From: an uncultured Candidatus Binatia bacterium
Lineage (GTDB): Bacteria > Desulfobacterota > Binatia > UBA9968 > JAJDTQ01
Assembly (NCBI GenBank): GCA_965215605.1
Contig: OZ244070.1
Coordinates: forward strand, 416,001-480,000
DNA length: 64,000 bases
Reading direction: 5' to 3'
This document shows, piece by piece, positions 1-10,113 of this stretch (positions are counted from its first letter, which is position 1; the number at the start of each line of letters is the position of its first letter). Below the pieces are notes generated by a model. It was not told where the DNA came from, ran no database searches, and saw only the letters and a program-made list of their open reading frames with translations. A program made the position numbers and the translations under genes.

Positions 1-1
1 G

Positions 2-1462
2 CGCGACGGCCTGAAGATATATGGGCGCGAAAGGCTCTTCGATGGGGACGTGGTGGTCTGCAACCACCCGGCGGTGCAGGGACAGCACCTCAACAACACG
101 GTGATGTACACGCCCATCTACGGCGGCCCGGACCGCGGGACGTTGCTGGGGTTCTTCGCCCTCAACGTCCACTGGATCGACATCGGCGGGGTGATGCACG
201 GCTCCACCGACATCTTCATGGAAGGACTGCAGCTCCGCATCATCAAGCTCTGGTCAAAAGGGGAGCCCGTCGAGGAAGTATACCGCATCATCGAGAACAA
301 CACGCGGATGCCGGTGGACGTCATGGGCGACATCTCGGCACAGCTCGCCGGCTGTTTCCTGGGGCGCGATCTCACCCTGGCGCTTGCCGACAAGTATGGC
401 GCCGACACCTACTTCGCCGCGGTGGAGACGATCATGGCCCAAGGCGAAGCGTCGTCACGCGCGCGCATCCGGGACATCCCGGACGGGACCTATGAAAGCG
501 AAGCGTTCCTGGACGACGACTCCCTGGGCACCGAGCCGGTGCCCATCCGGGTCAAGGTCGTCGTCGACGGCGAGGAGATGACCATCGATTTCTCTGGCCT
601 CGCCGACCAGGTGCCGGGGCCGCTCAACTCGGGCTACTTCGGCGGCGGCGTCACCGTGGCGCGGGTCGCCTTCAAGTACCTGATCACTCCGCGGGAGCCG
701 GCCAACGAAGGCGTATTCCGTCCGCTCAAGCTGATCCTGCCGGAGGGCAAGATCCTGAGCGCCCGGCCCGACGCTCCCATGTCCAACTACTCGGCGCCCT
801 TTCCCACGGTCATCGACTGTCTCTCGGACGCGCTTCCGCGTCTCGCGACCGGAGCCCATTTCGGCACTCATTCGGGGTTCATGATGCATGGCCGCTGGGC
901 CGACGGAAGCCGCTTTCACGGCCATGACAGCGGCCACGGGGGCTGAGGCGCGGGCGACGGACACGACGGCGCCGGGCCGTTCCGGACCATGGCCCACGGC
1001 GACACGCGCCTCATCCCCATGGAGTTGCAGGAGTCCCTGCTGCCGTTCCGCGTGTGTTCGCTTGCCTTGCGCGAGGATTCGGGCGGGCCCGGCAAGTTCC
1101 GGGGCGGGCTCGGCTTCCGCAAGGAATATGAGATCCTCCATCCTTGCACCCTCAACACCAACCTCGACCGCAGGAAGTGTCCGCCATGGGGCGTGCGCGG
1201 CGGCAAGGCGGCGAAGACGGGCTGCGTCACCATCATCAAGGCATCGGGCAAGACGGAGAGCATGGGCAAGGCGCAGAACTACAAGCTCCAACCCGGCGAC
1301 CGGGTGATCCTCGAAACCGGCGGCGGCGGCGGGTGGGGACCGCCCGAGGAGCGCGCCGTCGAGTTGATCCAGCGCGACCTCGACCGCGGCTACATCACGC
1401 CCGATGGCGCCGCTCGCGACTACGGCGTCCGTGTCGACGCCGGCCGGGTGTTGCGCGGGTAG
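2..1462 (+). pseudogene. Hydantoinase B/oxoprolinase family protein, 5'-truncated by window edge, with in-frame TGA at 944-946
   Basis: ORFs 50-946 and 989-1462 are in the same frame. Joined reading ...GHGG*GAGDGHDG...; family motifs HWIDIGG, EGL, DSGGPGKFRGG, ETGGGGGWG. Confidence 0.8.
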
Positions 1463-1483
1463 CGGTTCATGGCATTTTCGTTT

Positions 1484-2506
1484 TCACCGTGACGCCGTCT
1501 CTCTCTCGGCCATCATGGCGACCAGATCGGCCACACGGCAACTGTAGCCCCATTCGTTGTCGTACCATGACAGGACCTTCACCATTGTCTCGTCCACGGC
1601 GACGGTGGAGAGTCCATCGACGATGGAAGAAGCCGTATTCCCCTTGAAGTCGCTCGAAACCAGCGGCTTGTCGCAGTAATCCAGTATCCCGTTCATGGGT
1701 CCTTCAGCGGCTTCGGCCAGGGCGGCGTTGACGTCGTCCGCGGTGCCCGGTTTCTTGAGGTCGCTCACGAGGTCCACCACCGAGACGGTGGCGGTGGGCA
1801 CCCGCAACGCCATCCCGCGCAGCTTGCCTTCGAGCTCGGGAATGACGCGCGCTATGGCGTGGGCGGCCCCGGTGGTGGTGGGCACGATGTTCATGGCCGC
1901 GGCCCGGGCGCGCCGGAGGTCCTTGTGCGCCACGTCAAGGATGCGCTGGTCGCCGGTGTACGCATGGGTCGTGGTCATCATGCCTCTCTCGATGCCGAAG
2001 CGGTCGTGGAGCACCTTGGCCACCGGCGCCAGACAGTTGGTGGTGCAGGAGGCGTTGGAGACGACACGATGTTTTTCGGGGTCGTACCGGGAATCGTTGA
2101 CACCCAGGACAACGGTCATGTCCGCGTTCCCGGACGGCGCCGTGATCACCGCTCTGCGCGCCCCGGCCTGGAGGTGAGCCGATGCCGCGCCGGCGTCGGT
2201 GAAGACACCCGTGGACTCGATGACCACGTCCACCCCCATCTTCTTCCAGGGCAGACGGGACGGCTCCAGTTCATGAGTGACGCTGATGGCGGCGCCGTCC
2301 ACCTCCATAACGCCATCGCCGACCGCGACCCCGGCCGGGAAAGTGCCGTAGTTCGTGTCGAACTTGAACAGGTGCGCGCCGACTTCAAGAGCCGCGATGT
2401 CGTTGATGGCGACCACGGAGAGACGCTCCCTGTGTCTTTGCAATATGGCGCGCAAGCTGAGACGGCCGATACGCCCGAATCCGTTGATGGCGACCCGTGT
2501 GGTCAT
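1484..2506 (-). CDS. gap: Type I glyceraldehyde-3-phosphate dehydrogenase
   Basis: INGFGRIGR, ASCTTNCL active site, WYDNEWGYS. Confidence 0.97.
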   Translation of the reverse strand: MTTRVAINGFGRIGRLSLRAILQRHRERLSVVAINDIAALEVGAHLFKFDTNYGTFPAGVAVGDGVMEVDGAAISVTHELEPSRLPWKKMGVDVVIESTGVFTDAGAASAHLQAGARRAVITAPSGNADMTVVLGVNDSRYDPEKHRVVSNASCTTNCLAPVAKVLHDRFGIERGMMTTTHAYTGDQRILDVAHKDLRRARAAAMNIVPTTTGAAHAIARVIPELEGKLRGMALRVPTATVSVVDLVSDLKKPGTADDVNAALAEAAEGPMNGILDYCDKPLVSSDFKGNTASSIVDGLSTVAVDETMVKVLSWYDNEWGYSCRVADLVAMMAERETASR

Positions 2507-2732
2507 GATGGCTCCCGCAAGCAGTTGAAGTTGAAACGACCTTGACTAACCAAGCGTTCCCAAACGCAGCACCATGTGCCCTGAAATAGAGTACTACTTT
2601 ACGTACAAGGAACATGGTCTGTCGTAAAGTGACGCGCTCCACATGCACCCGGCTTCAACTTACTGCTCGGAAAAAAGGTGTCCCGCGCCCTCGTAGACTT
2701 TGACGCAGACGACTCAACGGGGCGGATGCCCG

Positions 2733-3884
2733 CTACGCGTCCCCCCACACGCTGTGGGCGACTTCCACCATGCGCGCGAGCTTGGCTTCCTGGTCGGCTT
2801 CGGTGAGGGGGTTGCCTTTGACGGAGCTGGCAAAGCCGCACTGGGGGGCGAGGGCGAGGCGTTCCAGGGGGGCGTAGCGGGCGGCGTCTTCGATTCGGCG
2901 CTTGAGGTGGTCGGCGGTTTCGAGTTCCGGGCCCTTGGTGGAGACCAGGCCGAGGGCTACCACCTTGCCGTCGGGGAGAAGGCGCAGGGGCTCGAAGGTA
3001 CCGGCCCGCGGGGTGTCGTATTCGAGAAAGTAGCCCTGGACGTTGATCTCGTTGAACAGCACCTCGGCCACCGGGTCGTAGCCGCCGGCGGCGGCCCATA
3101 GCCCTTCGCGGTTGCCGCGGCACTGGTGCATGGTGACGGTGACGTCGCCGGGCAGGCCTTCAAGGGCCTGGTTGATGCGGCGCGCGTACTCGGCCAGCAC
3201 GGCCTGGGGGCCGGAGCCCCAGGAGCGGAACACCTCTTCGTAGGTGGGATCGCACAGGAACGGGATGGCGACGTCGTCCAGTTGGATGTAACGCGCGCCG
3301 GCGTCCACCAAGGCGGCCAGTTCCTGCCGGTAGGCGGCCACCAAGTCCTCCCAGAACTCATCGACGTCGTCATAGACGGAACCCAGCACACCCGGATCTC
3401 CACCGGCGAAACAGTAGACCACCGGCGGCGCGGGGATGGTCACCTTGGGGACGGCGTCGGTGCTGGCCTTGAGGAACTCGAACGCCGGTACGATGGCGCT
3501 GGGGCGCCAGCGCACCTTGCCGTTGACCCACACCACGGTGAAGTCCTGCTCCTGGTTCTTCTCGTTGCGCCAACTGAAGGGCGACGCAGCGCCCTGCCGG
3601 GTGGCGGAGAAGCCGTCCCAGGTCATCATCAGCTCACTGAACCAGCTACGGCGGCGGAACTCTCCATCGGTGGCGGAACGCAGGCCCACGCGCTTCTGAA
3701 GCGCGACGACATCTCTGACGAAGCCGTCCTCGACCCGAGCCAGTTCCTCGTTCCCGTGGGGTCCCAGGTTGCTCTCGGCCGTGTCCGGCCCCAGGAGCCG
3801 CACCCTGGCTTCCTTGAGCCCGGCGGGGCGCAGGAGGCTGCCGACATGGTCGGCTCGAAACGGCGGTGTAGTTCTCGTCGGCAT
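2733..3884 (-). CDS. Cobalamin-independent methionine synthase II family (single-barrel MetE-like) enzyme
   Basis: RADHVGSLLRP, TDGEFRR, Zn ligands in HQCRGN, LEYD, PQCGFAS. Confidence 0.9.
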   Translation of the reverse strand: MPTRTTPPFRADHVGSLLRPAGLKEARVRLLGPDTAESNLGPHGNEELARVEDGFVRDVVALQKRVGLRSATDGEFRRRSWFSELMMTWDGFSATRQGAASPFSWRNEKNQEQDFTVVWVNGKVRWRPSAIVPAFEFLKASTDAVPKVTIPAPPVVYCFAGGDPGVLGSVYDDVDEFWEDLVAAYRQELAALVDAGARYIQLDDVAIPFLCDPTYEEVFRSWGSGPQAVLAEYARRINQALEGLPGDVTVTMHQCRGNREGLWAAAGGYDPVAEVLFNEINVQGYFLEYDTPRAGTFEPLRLLPDGKVVALGLVSTKGPELETADHLKRRIEDAARYAPLERLALAPQCGFASSVKGNPLTEADQEAKLARMVEVAHSVWGDA

Positions 3885-3953
3885 GGCGGGACGATCTCCG
3901 GTAGGATGCGGCCAGCCAGCCTACCTGTCTTGTTCGTTACGTGGGACAGGACA

Positions 3954-5729
3954 CTAGCGGACGTCCAGGCCGTGGCGGCGGCTCAGCTTGTAGAACAGGG
4001 TGGCCAGAAGAACGGTGCCGACGCTGATGCCCAGGGCGAAGGCCGACAGGCTCCCCACGTGGCCGTTGTCCCAAAGCTCCCAGATGACCACGGAGATCAC
4101 CTCGGAACCGGGGCTGTAGAGCAGCAGGGCGACGGACAGCTCCCGGATGGTGATGAGGAAGATGTAGATCCACCCGGCGAAAAGCGCCGGCATCATCAGC
4201 GGAATCATGATCTTCCGGGCCACGTTGCCCCAGCTCGCGCCGCTGGCGGTGGCGCTCTCCTCCAGCTCCTTGTGGATGCCGATGAGGCCGGCGTGGCTGA
4301 AGCGCATGGCGTATGGCAGATAGCGCGCCGAGAAGGCAATGACCAGGATCCAGATGGTCCCGTACACGGGAATCGGAACCGTGAGGTAGGTTTGCAGGAC
4401 CGCGACCCCCATGACGATGCCCGGGAACACCAGCGGCACCATGGTCAACCGGTCCAGGTACCAGCGCAGCTTGATGTTGGTGCGGGTCACCAGCCAGGCG
4501 GTGACGAACGCCACGCCCACGCAGGCGGTGGCGGACACCATGCTGATGGTGACGTTGTTGGTGACGGAGCGCAGAATCTTGTCGTCGCTGAACGCCTCCA
4601 CGTAGTTGTTGAAGGTAAACATGGAGAGCGCCTCCCACGAGGGCACCACCAGATAGGGCATGAAGCTCGACCAGATGAGCGCCGTGAGCGGCAGAAGCTG
4701 GAGCGCCGGCAGGCCCAGCAGCGCCAACCCTCCCAGCCAGCGCCACCGTCCCAGGTCCTTGCGCCGAGGTTGAAACCCCTTGCCGGTGATGGTGGTGAAC
4801 CGGTGCGCGTGCTGGGTGACGCGATAGTAGGGAATCAGACACAGGCCGACCAGACCGATGAGAAGCACGGAGTAGGCGCTGGCGAAACCGTACTCGGGCA
4901 CGAACCCCTCGATCAACTGGAGATAGATCTGGGTCGTCAGGACCTCGATGCCCGCGGGAAGACCCACCAGCGCGGGGATCTCGAAGGCCTCCATGCTGCG
5001 GATGAAGGTGAGGATCAGCACGGAGAGGAGGCTGGGCATGGCCATGGGCAGGGTCACCTTCCAGAACACCTGCCAATCGTTGCTGCCGGCCACCACCGCG
5101 GCTTCCTCCAGGGACGGATCCATGGACCGGAACGGCGTCGCCATGAGCAGGAACACGATGGGGGTCCACAGAAACCCCTCCACCAGTATCATGCCGCTCA
5201 TGGAGAAGAGGTCGAAGATGGGCATGATCCCGGTGACGGAGTTCACCGCCACGTTGATGAAACCCGCCTCCGGCCCCAGCAGCAGGATCCAGCCGATGAC
5301 CTTCACCAGCCCCGGAACGGCGAACGACACGAAAGCCGCCACGTAGGCTACCGCGCGGAACGGCGCGTTGCTGCGCTCCGCCAGCCAGGCCATGGCGGTG
5401 CCGAAGACCAGCGCCCAGGCGGCGCTGCCCACCGAGAACACGACGGAGTTCCAGACCAGGGTCTCGAACTCCGACATGCTCTCGAAAATCTCGACGAAAT
5501 TCTGAAGCGTCAGGCCGACGATGTCCGAGTCTTCGGAAGGAACGAAACTCGAATAGACGATGAAGACCAGCGGCGGAATGACGAGGAACAGGAGCACGAG
5601 CCCGCAGGGTATGAACAACCACAGCGGATGGTCACGGCCCTGCCTGCTGGGACGGAAGACATCGAGGAATGCCGAAATCCCGCCCCTGGGCAAACCGGAC
5701 TCCTTCAGCGCTGCTTCGTCTCTGCTCAA
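3954..5729 (-). CDS. FbpB/ThiP-like ABC transporter permease (two fused TM modules)
   Basis: Two EAA loops (SLEEAAVVAG, ELEESATASG), many TM helices; probable TTG start at 5729 (track start 5738). Confidence 0.88.
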   Translation of the reverse strand: MSRDEAALKESGLPRGGISAFLDVFRPSRQGRDHPLWLFIPCGLVLLFLVIPPLVFIVYSSFVPSEDSDIVGLTLQNFVEIFESMSEFETLVWNSVVFSVGSAAWALVFGTAMAWLAERSNAPFRAVAYVAAFVSFAVPGLVKVIGWILLLGPEAGFINVAVNSVTGIMPIFDLFSMSGMILVEGFLWTPIVFLLMATPFRSMDPSLEEAAVVAGSNDWQVFWKVTLPMAMPSLLSVLILTFIRSMEAFEIPALVGLPAGIEVLTTQIYLQLIEGFVPEYGFASAYSVLLIGLVGLCLIPYYRVTQHAHRFTTITGKGFQPRRKDLGRWRWLGGLALLGLPALQLLPLTALIWSSFMPYLVVPSWEALSMFTFNNYVEAFSDDKILRSVTNNVTISMVSATACVGVAFVTAWLVTRTNIKLRWYLDRLTMVPLVFPGIVMGVAVLQTYLTVPIPVYGTIWILVIAFSARYLPYAMRFSHAGLIGIHKELEESATASGASWGNVARKIMIPLMMPALFAGWIYIFLITIRELSVALLLYSPGSEVISVVIWELWDNGHVGSLSAFALGISVGTVLLATLFYKLSRRHGLDVR

Positions 5730-5782
5730 GTGTAGCAATTCCTGGTGACGGCTCGTCCCGGGCGCGCCGGTCGTCAGCGACT

Positions 5783-5830
5783 ACCGGGAACCCGAGGGAG
5801 GGTTCGCGTCCTGCCCTCGGGTTCCGCGGT
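5783..5830 (-). terminator. Intercistronic hairpin between binding protein and permease (stabiliser or partial terminator)
   Basis: GGAACCCGAGGG...CCCTCGGGTTCC inverted repeat; no clear U-tract. Confidence 0.5.
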
Positions 5831-5871
5831 CGCCCGGATGGGCCGCAACGGAAGGTCGCACATGCAGTCCG

Positions 5872-6912
5872 TCACTTGCGGCCGATGGACCGCAACAGCT
5901 TGTTCAGTTTCTTGGATTCCTTGTTGTACTGCTTCGAGCTCAGGCCGCGTTCGGGGTACACCCGCTTGAACGGATAGTCCAACCACGCCATGCCGTAATG
6001 GAACTTCTGCAGGAGCTTCTGCCCGTCGGTCAGCACGAAATTGGTAAGCAGCAGCGCGGCATGGGGATGCGGCGCGTTGGTGAACACCCCGGAGCCTCCG
6101 GCGTTGGTCGGGACTTCATCCAAGGCGTTCCATCCCAGCGGCGCTCCCTCGTTGATCTTCACCAGCGCGTGGTTGCGGAACACCGAGGGCGACACCACGA
6201 ACTCGCCGGCGATGATCAGGTCCCGAGTGGCCGTGCCGGAGATCTTGACGAGCTTGATTTGCTGCTTCTTGAGCTTCTCGACGTATTCCATGCCCTTGAC
6301 CGCGATCATGCGTCCCAGCATCCGGTCGCCGGTGCTTTGAACGCTCATGACGATCTTGCCCTTGAGAGACGGGTCCAGGAGGTCCTCGAAGCTCTTGGGG
6401 GACTTGTCCTTGGGCATCTTGTCGGTGTTGTAGCCCAGGCCGATAAAGGACTCGCGGTCGGTGACCCACCACACCCCGCCGCTCTTGGCCTTGGTCTGGT
6501 GCTCGTCCGGCCATCTCTTGTGCTCCGGGCTGGTATAGGGGTGGATGATGTTCCTCTCGCGGAACAACTGCAGCACGCCCGGGGTGCTCTCGATCCCGTC
6601 CACAAGGTATTTCTTGGCCTTGGCCTCGGCGAGGACCTTGGACGCGATATCCTTGCTTCCCGCCCGATAGACCTCGATCTTCACGTCGGGGTATTTCTTG
6701 GCAAAATTCGACTGTATGGTCTTGTAGGACTTGCCGCTGAGCGAGGTGTACCAGACCACCTTGCCTTCCTTCTTGGCACCCTCGTGCAGCATCTTCTCGT
6801 AGTCGGCCGCGGGTCCGCTGTAGTTGACCAGTTTCTTGAGGGTTGCGCTCTGGCCCCACGCTGCGGTCACGCACGCAAAAAGCAGCGCGACGGTCATGTA
6901 TAGTGCCTTCAT
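5872..6912 (-). CDS. ABC transporter extracellular solute-binding protein (iron/thiamine-like cluster)
   Basis: SD GAGGAGG before ATG 6912; signal peptide MKALYMTVALLFACVTAAWG; AKKEGKVVWYTS, APHPHAALL motifs. Confidence 0.88.
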   Translation of the reverse strand: MKALYMTVALLFACVTAAWGQSATLKKLVNYSGPAADYEKMLHEGAKKEGKVVWYTSLSGKSYKTIQSNFAKKYPDVKIEVYRAGSKDIASKVLAEAKAKKYLVDGIESTPGVLQLFRERNIIHPYTSPEHKRWPDEHQTKAKSGGVWWVTDRESFIGLGYNTDKMPKDKSPKSFEDLLDPSLKGKIVMSVQSTGDRMLGRMIAVKGMEYVEKLKKQQIKLVKISGTATRDLIIAGEFVVSPSVFRNHALVKINEGAPLGWNALDEVPTNAGGSGVFTNAPHPHAALLLTNFVLTDGQKLLQKFHYGMAWLDYPFKRVYPERGLSSKQYNKESKKLNKLLRSIGRK

Positions 6913-7124
6913 AGAGATGTCCTCCTCTGGGTTTGACTCTGCGGAAGCCTGACGCATGCGCACGGACGAGCCCCCTGCCCTTCCACACATACAACGCCCC
7001 TTCTAGGGCACGGGCTGGCGGCTTGTCAAATGGAAAGTATTGCGCGAGGATGGGCACATTCCCGGACGCTGGTGGGTTCTGGTGCGTCGACGCGGCGTCT
7101 GTCCGCCAACGGAGGTTGGAGAAA

Positions 7125-7922
7125 ATGAACGGCGCGCTTCGGCTCTGGTTGCCTTTCACTGTTCTTTTCCTGCTGCTCTCCCATGGCCCTCTCTTCGGCG
7201 CATGCAGGGAGGAAAGCTTCGCGAGCCGCTTCCTCCGCCCGGCCTACGCCGCAACACCCGACGCAACCCTTCACTACTTCGGGCACAGCTTCTTCCAGCT
7301 CGTAACCAGCCGGGGCACCCGGGTCGTGATGGATCCCCTGGCGCCGGGCTGGTACCCCGTGCCCGACGTCTCCGCGGACGTGGTCACCATCGGCCGGGAG
7401 CACGAGAACCACAACTGGATCCCCATCGTGCGCGGCCGGCCGCTGATCCTCCGGGGTCTCCGGGAAATGGGGTACGCGTACGAATGGAACCAGGTGAGGA
7501 CAACGGTGAAGGACGTGCTTGTGCAGAGCGTACCCATCTACGTGAGCCGCCCGGACGGCGACCTCTTCAAGGGCGCGGCGTTCACCTACGATCTCGGGCG
7601 GCTGTGCGTCGCCCATCTGGGGGACCTGAGCCACAAGCTCACCCCCAAACAACTGAAGCAGTTCGGCAAGGTCGACGTGGCGCTGGTCCCCATCGGCGGC
7701 CGCACCACCATGGGACCCCGTACCGCCCGGGAGGTGGTGGGGCAACTCAAACCCAAGATAGCCATCCCCATGCACTACCGCGACGATCTCGAGCGCGTGG
7801 GGATCTTCACCGAAGGGTTCCCCACCCGGACCGTGCCGGACGGCTCCCTGGCCATCAGCAAGGCGGCGCTGCCACGGAACACGAAGATGGTGGTGCTGGG
7901 TTACCGCGGCGGTCCATTCTGA
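7125..7922 (+). CDS. MBL-fold metallo-hydrolase-like protein, probably exported
   Basis: YFGHSFF, MDP, HLGDL, DVALVPIGG, IAIPMHY; hydrophobic N-terminus; metal motif degenerate (GREHENH). Confidence 0.8.
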   Translation: MNGALRLWLPFTVLFLLLSHGPLFGACREESFASRFLRPAYAATPDATLHYFGHSFFQLVTSRGTRVVMDPLAPGWYPVPDVSADVVTIGREHENHNWIPIVRGRPLILRGLREMGYAYEWNQVRTTVKDVLVQSVPIYVSRPDGDLFKGAAFTYDLGRLCVAHLGDLSHKLTPKQLKQFGKVDVALVPIGGRTTMGPRTAREVVGQLKPKIAIPMHYRDDLERVGIFTEGFPTRTVPDGSLAISKAALPRNTKMVVLGYRGGPF

Positions 7923-7930
7923 ATTTTGGG

Positions 7931-7959
7931 TTGACTGCCGAATACATCCATCCTATTTT
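7931..7959 (+). promoter_or_regulatory. Putative sigma70 promoter for TAXI-TRAP operon
   Basis: TTGACT-17nt-TATTTT. Confidence 0.5.
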
Positions 7960-8028
7960 GCGGTTTCGTTGGGCGGCGGGCTTGCTGATGCAGACCCGTC
8001 ACGAATCAACCAACTCAGGAGGTATTTC

Positions 8029-9012
8029 ATGAGAAGTCCGAGACTCAAAGGGTTGCTGGTCGCGGTCGCGGTGGCGGCCATGGCGTGGGCATCCGGCCCG
8101 CAGCGGGCGGCCGCGGCGGAGATGCCGAAGAGCCTGGAGATCGGCGGCGCCAGCATCGGCGGCGCCTTCTACGTGGTGGCCGGCGGCGTGGCCAAGCTGC
8201 TGGAAGAGAATATGAAGATTCCAGTGACCGCGGCGGTCACCGAGGGCTCGCGCGAGAACGTACGCCTCATCGACCGCAAGCAGATCTTCATGGGCGTCAT
8301 CGCGTCGAACAACTCGTACCCGGCGTACCACGGGGTCCTGACCTTCAAGAAAAAACATCCGTTGGCCTTGGTCATGGGCCTTTACCCCAACGCCTTCACG
8401 CTTCACACGCTGCCCGGCAGTTCCGTCAACTCGTTCGCCGACCTCAAGGGAAACCGCGTGGGCGTGGGCACCGGCCGGACCTGGGACGCCTTCATGGTGC
8501 CGTTGATGACGGCCCACGGCCTGACCTACAAGAAGGACTTCAAGCCAGTTTACGCGGGCATGAGCGACCTCTACACGCAGCTCGGCGACGGCAACATCGT
8601 AGCCATGCCGACCATGGTCTCGGGGCTGAGCCCGATCCCCGCGGCGCTGCGCCTGCACGCCGAAAAGGGCGCTCGGTACCTGCCTCCGGAGCCCCAGGCG
8701 GTGGACAAGATGGTCAAGCAGTTCCCGTACATGACGCGGCAAACCATTCCGGCGACCACGCCCACCTTCGAGAAGGCCGTTGAGACCTTCGACATCGGCG
8801 GCCCTCTGCTCACCGTCCGGGCGGACGCCGACGAGGAGCTCGTCTACAATGTCATCAAGATGATTCATCAGAACCTGGACAAGCTGGCGGAGGACGTGCG
8901 CTACTTCAAGTACGCTCAGATCAATCCCGCGGTGCTCACCACCCAGATCGGGGTCCCCTATCATCCGGGTGCGGTGCGCTACTGGAAGGAAGCCGGACTC
9001 TGGAAGAAGTAG
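8029..9012 (+). CDS. TAXI family TRAP transporter solute receptor (copy 1)
   Basis: SD AGGAGG; signal peptide; GGAFY, TEGSREN, DLKGNRVGVG, PYHPGAVRYW. Confidence 0.93.
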   Translation: MRSPRLKGLLVAVAVAAMAWASGPQRAAAAEMPKSLEIGGASIGGAFYVVAGGVAKLLEENMKIPVTAAVTEGSRENVRLIDRKQIFMGVIASNNSYPAYHGVLTFKKKHPLALVMGLYPNAFTLHTLPGSSVNSFADLKGNRVGVGTGRTWDAFMVPLMTAHGLTYKKDFKPVYAGMSDLYTQLGDGNIVAMPTMVSGLSPIPAALRLHAEKGARYLPPEPQAVDKMVKQFPYMTRQTIPATTPTFEKAVETFDIGGPLLTVRADADEELVYNVIKMIHQNLDKLAEDVRYFKYAQINPAVLTTQIGVPYHPGAVRYWKEAGLWKK

Positions 9013-9013
9013 G

Positions 9014-9111
9014 CGTCCCTCGAACCGGGTGCCGGCGATCGGACCGTGGGCTGTCAGACACGCGCGGCGTGTGCTGAACGGCTCCGGTCCGTTGCCGCCG
9101 GTGCAGGAACG
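9014..9111 (+). other. Long imperfect intercistronic hairpin between the TAXI paralogs
   Basis: Nested pairings CGGCGA/TTGCCG, GGACCG/CGGTCC, TCAG/CTGA, ACACGC/GCGTGT. Confidence 0.5.
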
Positions 9112-9132
9112 CAAACGTCCAGGAGGTACTCC

Positions 9133-10113
9133 ATGAAACGTACAAGACCGAAGGAGCTGTTGGCGGCGGTCGTGGTTGCGGCCATGGCGTGGGCCTCCGG
9201 TCCGCAACCGGCCACCGCGGCGGAGATGCCGAAGAGCCTGGAGATCGGCGGCGCCAGCATCGGCGGCGCCTTCTACGTCGTGGCGGGCGCCGTGGCCAAG
9301 TTGCTGGAGAAGAACTTCAAGATCCCGGTCACCGCGGCGGTTACCGAAGGCTCGCGCGAGAACATCCGTCTCATCGACCGCAAACAGATCTTCATGGGCG
9401 TCGTCGCGGCGAACAACTCGTATCCCGCATACCACGGAGTCCTGAAATTCGACAAAAAGCATCCCGTGGCACTGGCCATGGGCCTTTTCCCGAACTCCTT
9501 CGCGTTCATGACTCTGCCCGACAGCCCGGTGCGCTCGTTCAAGGACCTCAAGGGAAAGCGCGTGGGCGTCGGCACCGGCAAGACCTGGGACGCGTTCATG
9601 GAGCCCATGTTCAACGGCCACGGCATAGACTACAAGGATATCAAGCGCGTCTACGCGGGATTGAGTGACCTGTACACGCAACTCGGCGACGGCATCATCG
9701 TGGCGGCGCCGGGCATCGTTTCGGGCCTGAGCCCGATTCCCGGGGCCTTGCGTCTGGCGGCCGAGAAGGGCGCGGCCTACTTCGGGCCGGAGCCCGGCGC
9801 CATCGACAAGTTCCTGAAGGCGCTCCCCTACACCTCTCGAATCACGATTCCGAAGGGTACTCCCACCTTCGACAAGGACATCGAAACCGTGGACATCGGC
9901 GGTCCGCACCTCGTCGTCCGTGGCGACGCGGACGAGGAACTCGTCTACAAGGCGATCAAGCTGCTCCACCAGAACCTGGACAGCCTGGCGGGTGAGGTGC
10001 GCTACTTCAAATACGCCCAGAAGAACTCCGCGGTTCTCACCAACCAGATCGGCGTGCCCTATCATCCCGGAGCCGTGCGGTACTGGAAGGAGGCGGGGCT
10101 CTGGAAGCAATAG
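9133..10113 (+). CDS. TAXI family TRAP transporter solute receptor (copy 2)
   Basis: SD AGGAGG; same motifs as copy 1, long identical stretches. Confidence 0.93.
   Translation: MKRTRPKELLAAVVVAAMAWASGPQPATAAEMPKSLEIGGASIGGAFYVVAGAVAKLLEKNFKIPVTAAVTEGSRENIRLIDRKQIFMGVVAANNSYPAYHGVLKFDKKHPVALAMGLFPNSFAFMTLPDSPVRSFKDLKGKRVGVGTGKTWDAFMEPMFNGHGIDYKDIKRVYAGLSDLYTQLGDGIIVAAPGIVSGLSPIPGALRLAAEKGAAYFGPEPGAIDKFLKALPYTSRITIPKGTPTFDKDIETVDIGGPHLVVRGDADEELVYKAIKLLHQNLDSLAGEVRYFKYAQKNSAVLTNQIGVPYHPGAVRYWKEAGLWKQ

Noticed and set aside
944-985. Selenocysteine recoding of the in-frame TGA (small hairpin ACGGC/GCCGT about 20 nt downstream)
   Set aside because: The motif context suggests Trp rather than Cys at this column, and short hairpins are common at this GC content.
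3126-5735. 869-aa + strand ORF
   Set aside because: Antisense shadow of the permease and MetE-like genes; no recognisable motifs; typical high-GC artefact.
6913-7124. Riboswitch in the leader of the ABC binding protein
   Set aside because: A stem (TGTGGAAG/CTTCCGCA) is present but no TPP, cobalamin, SAM or other consensus motif was recognised.
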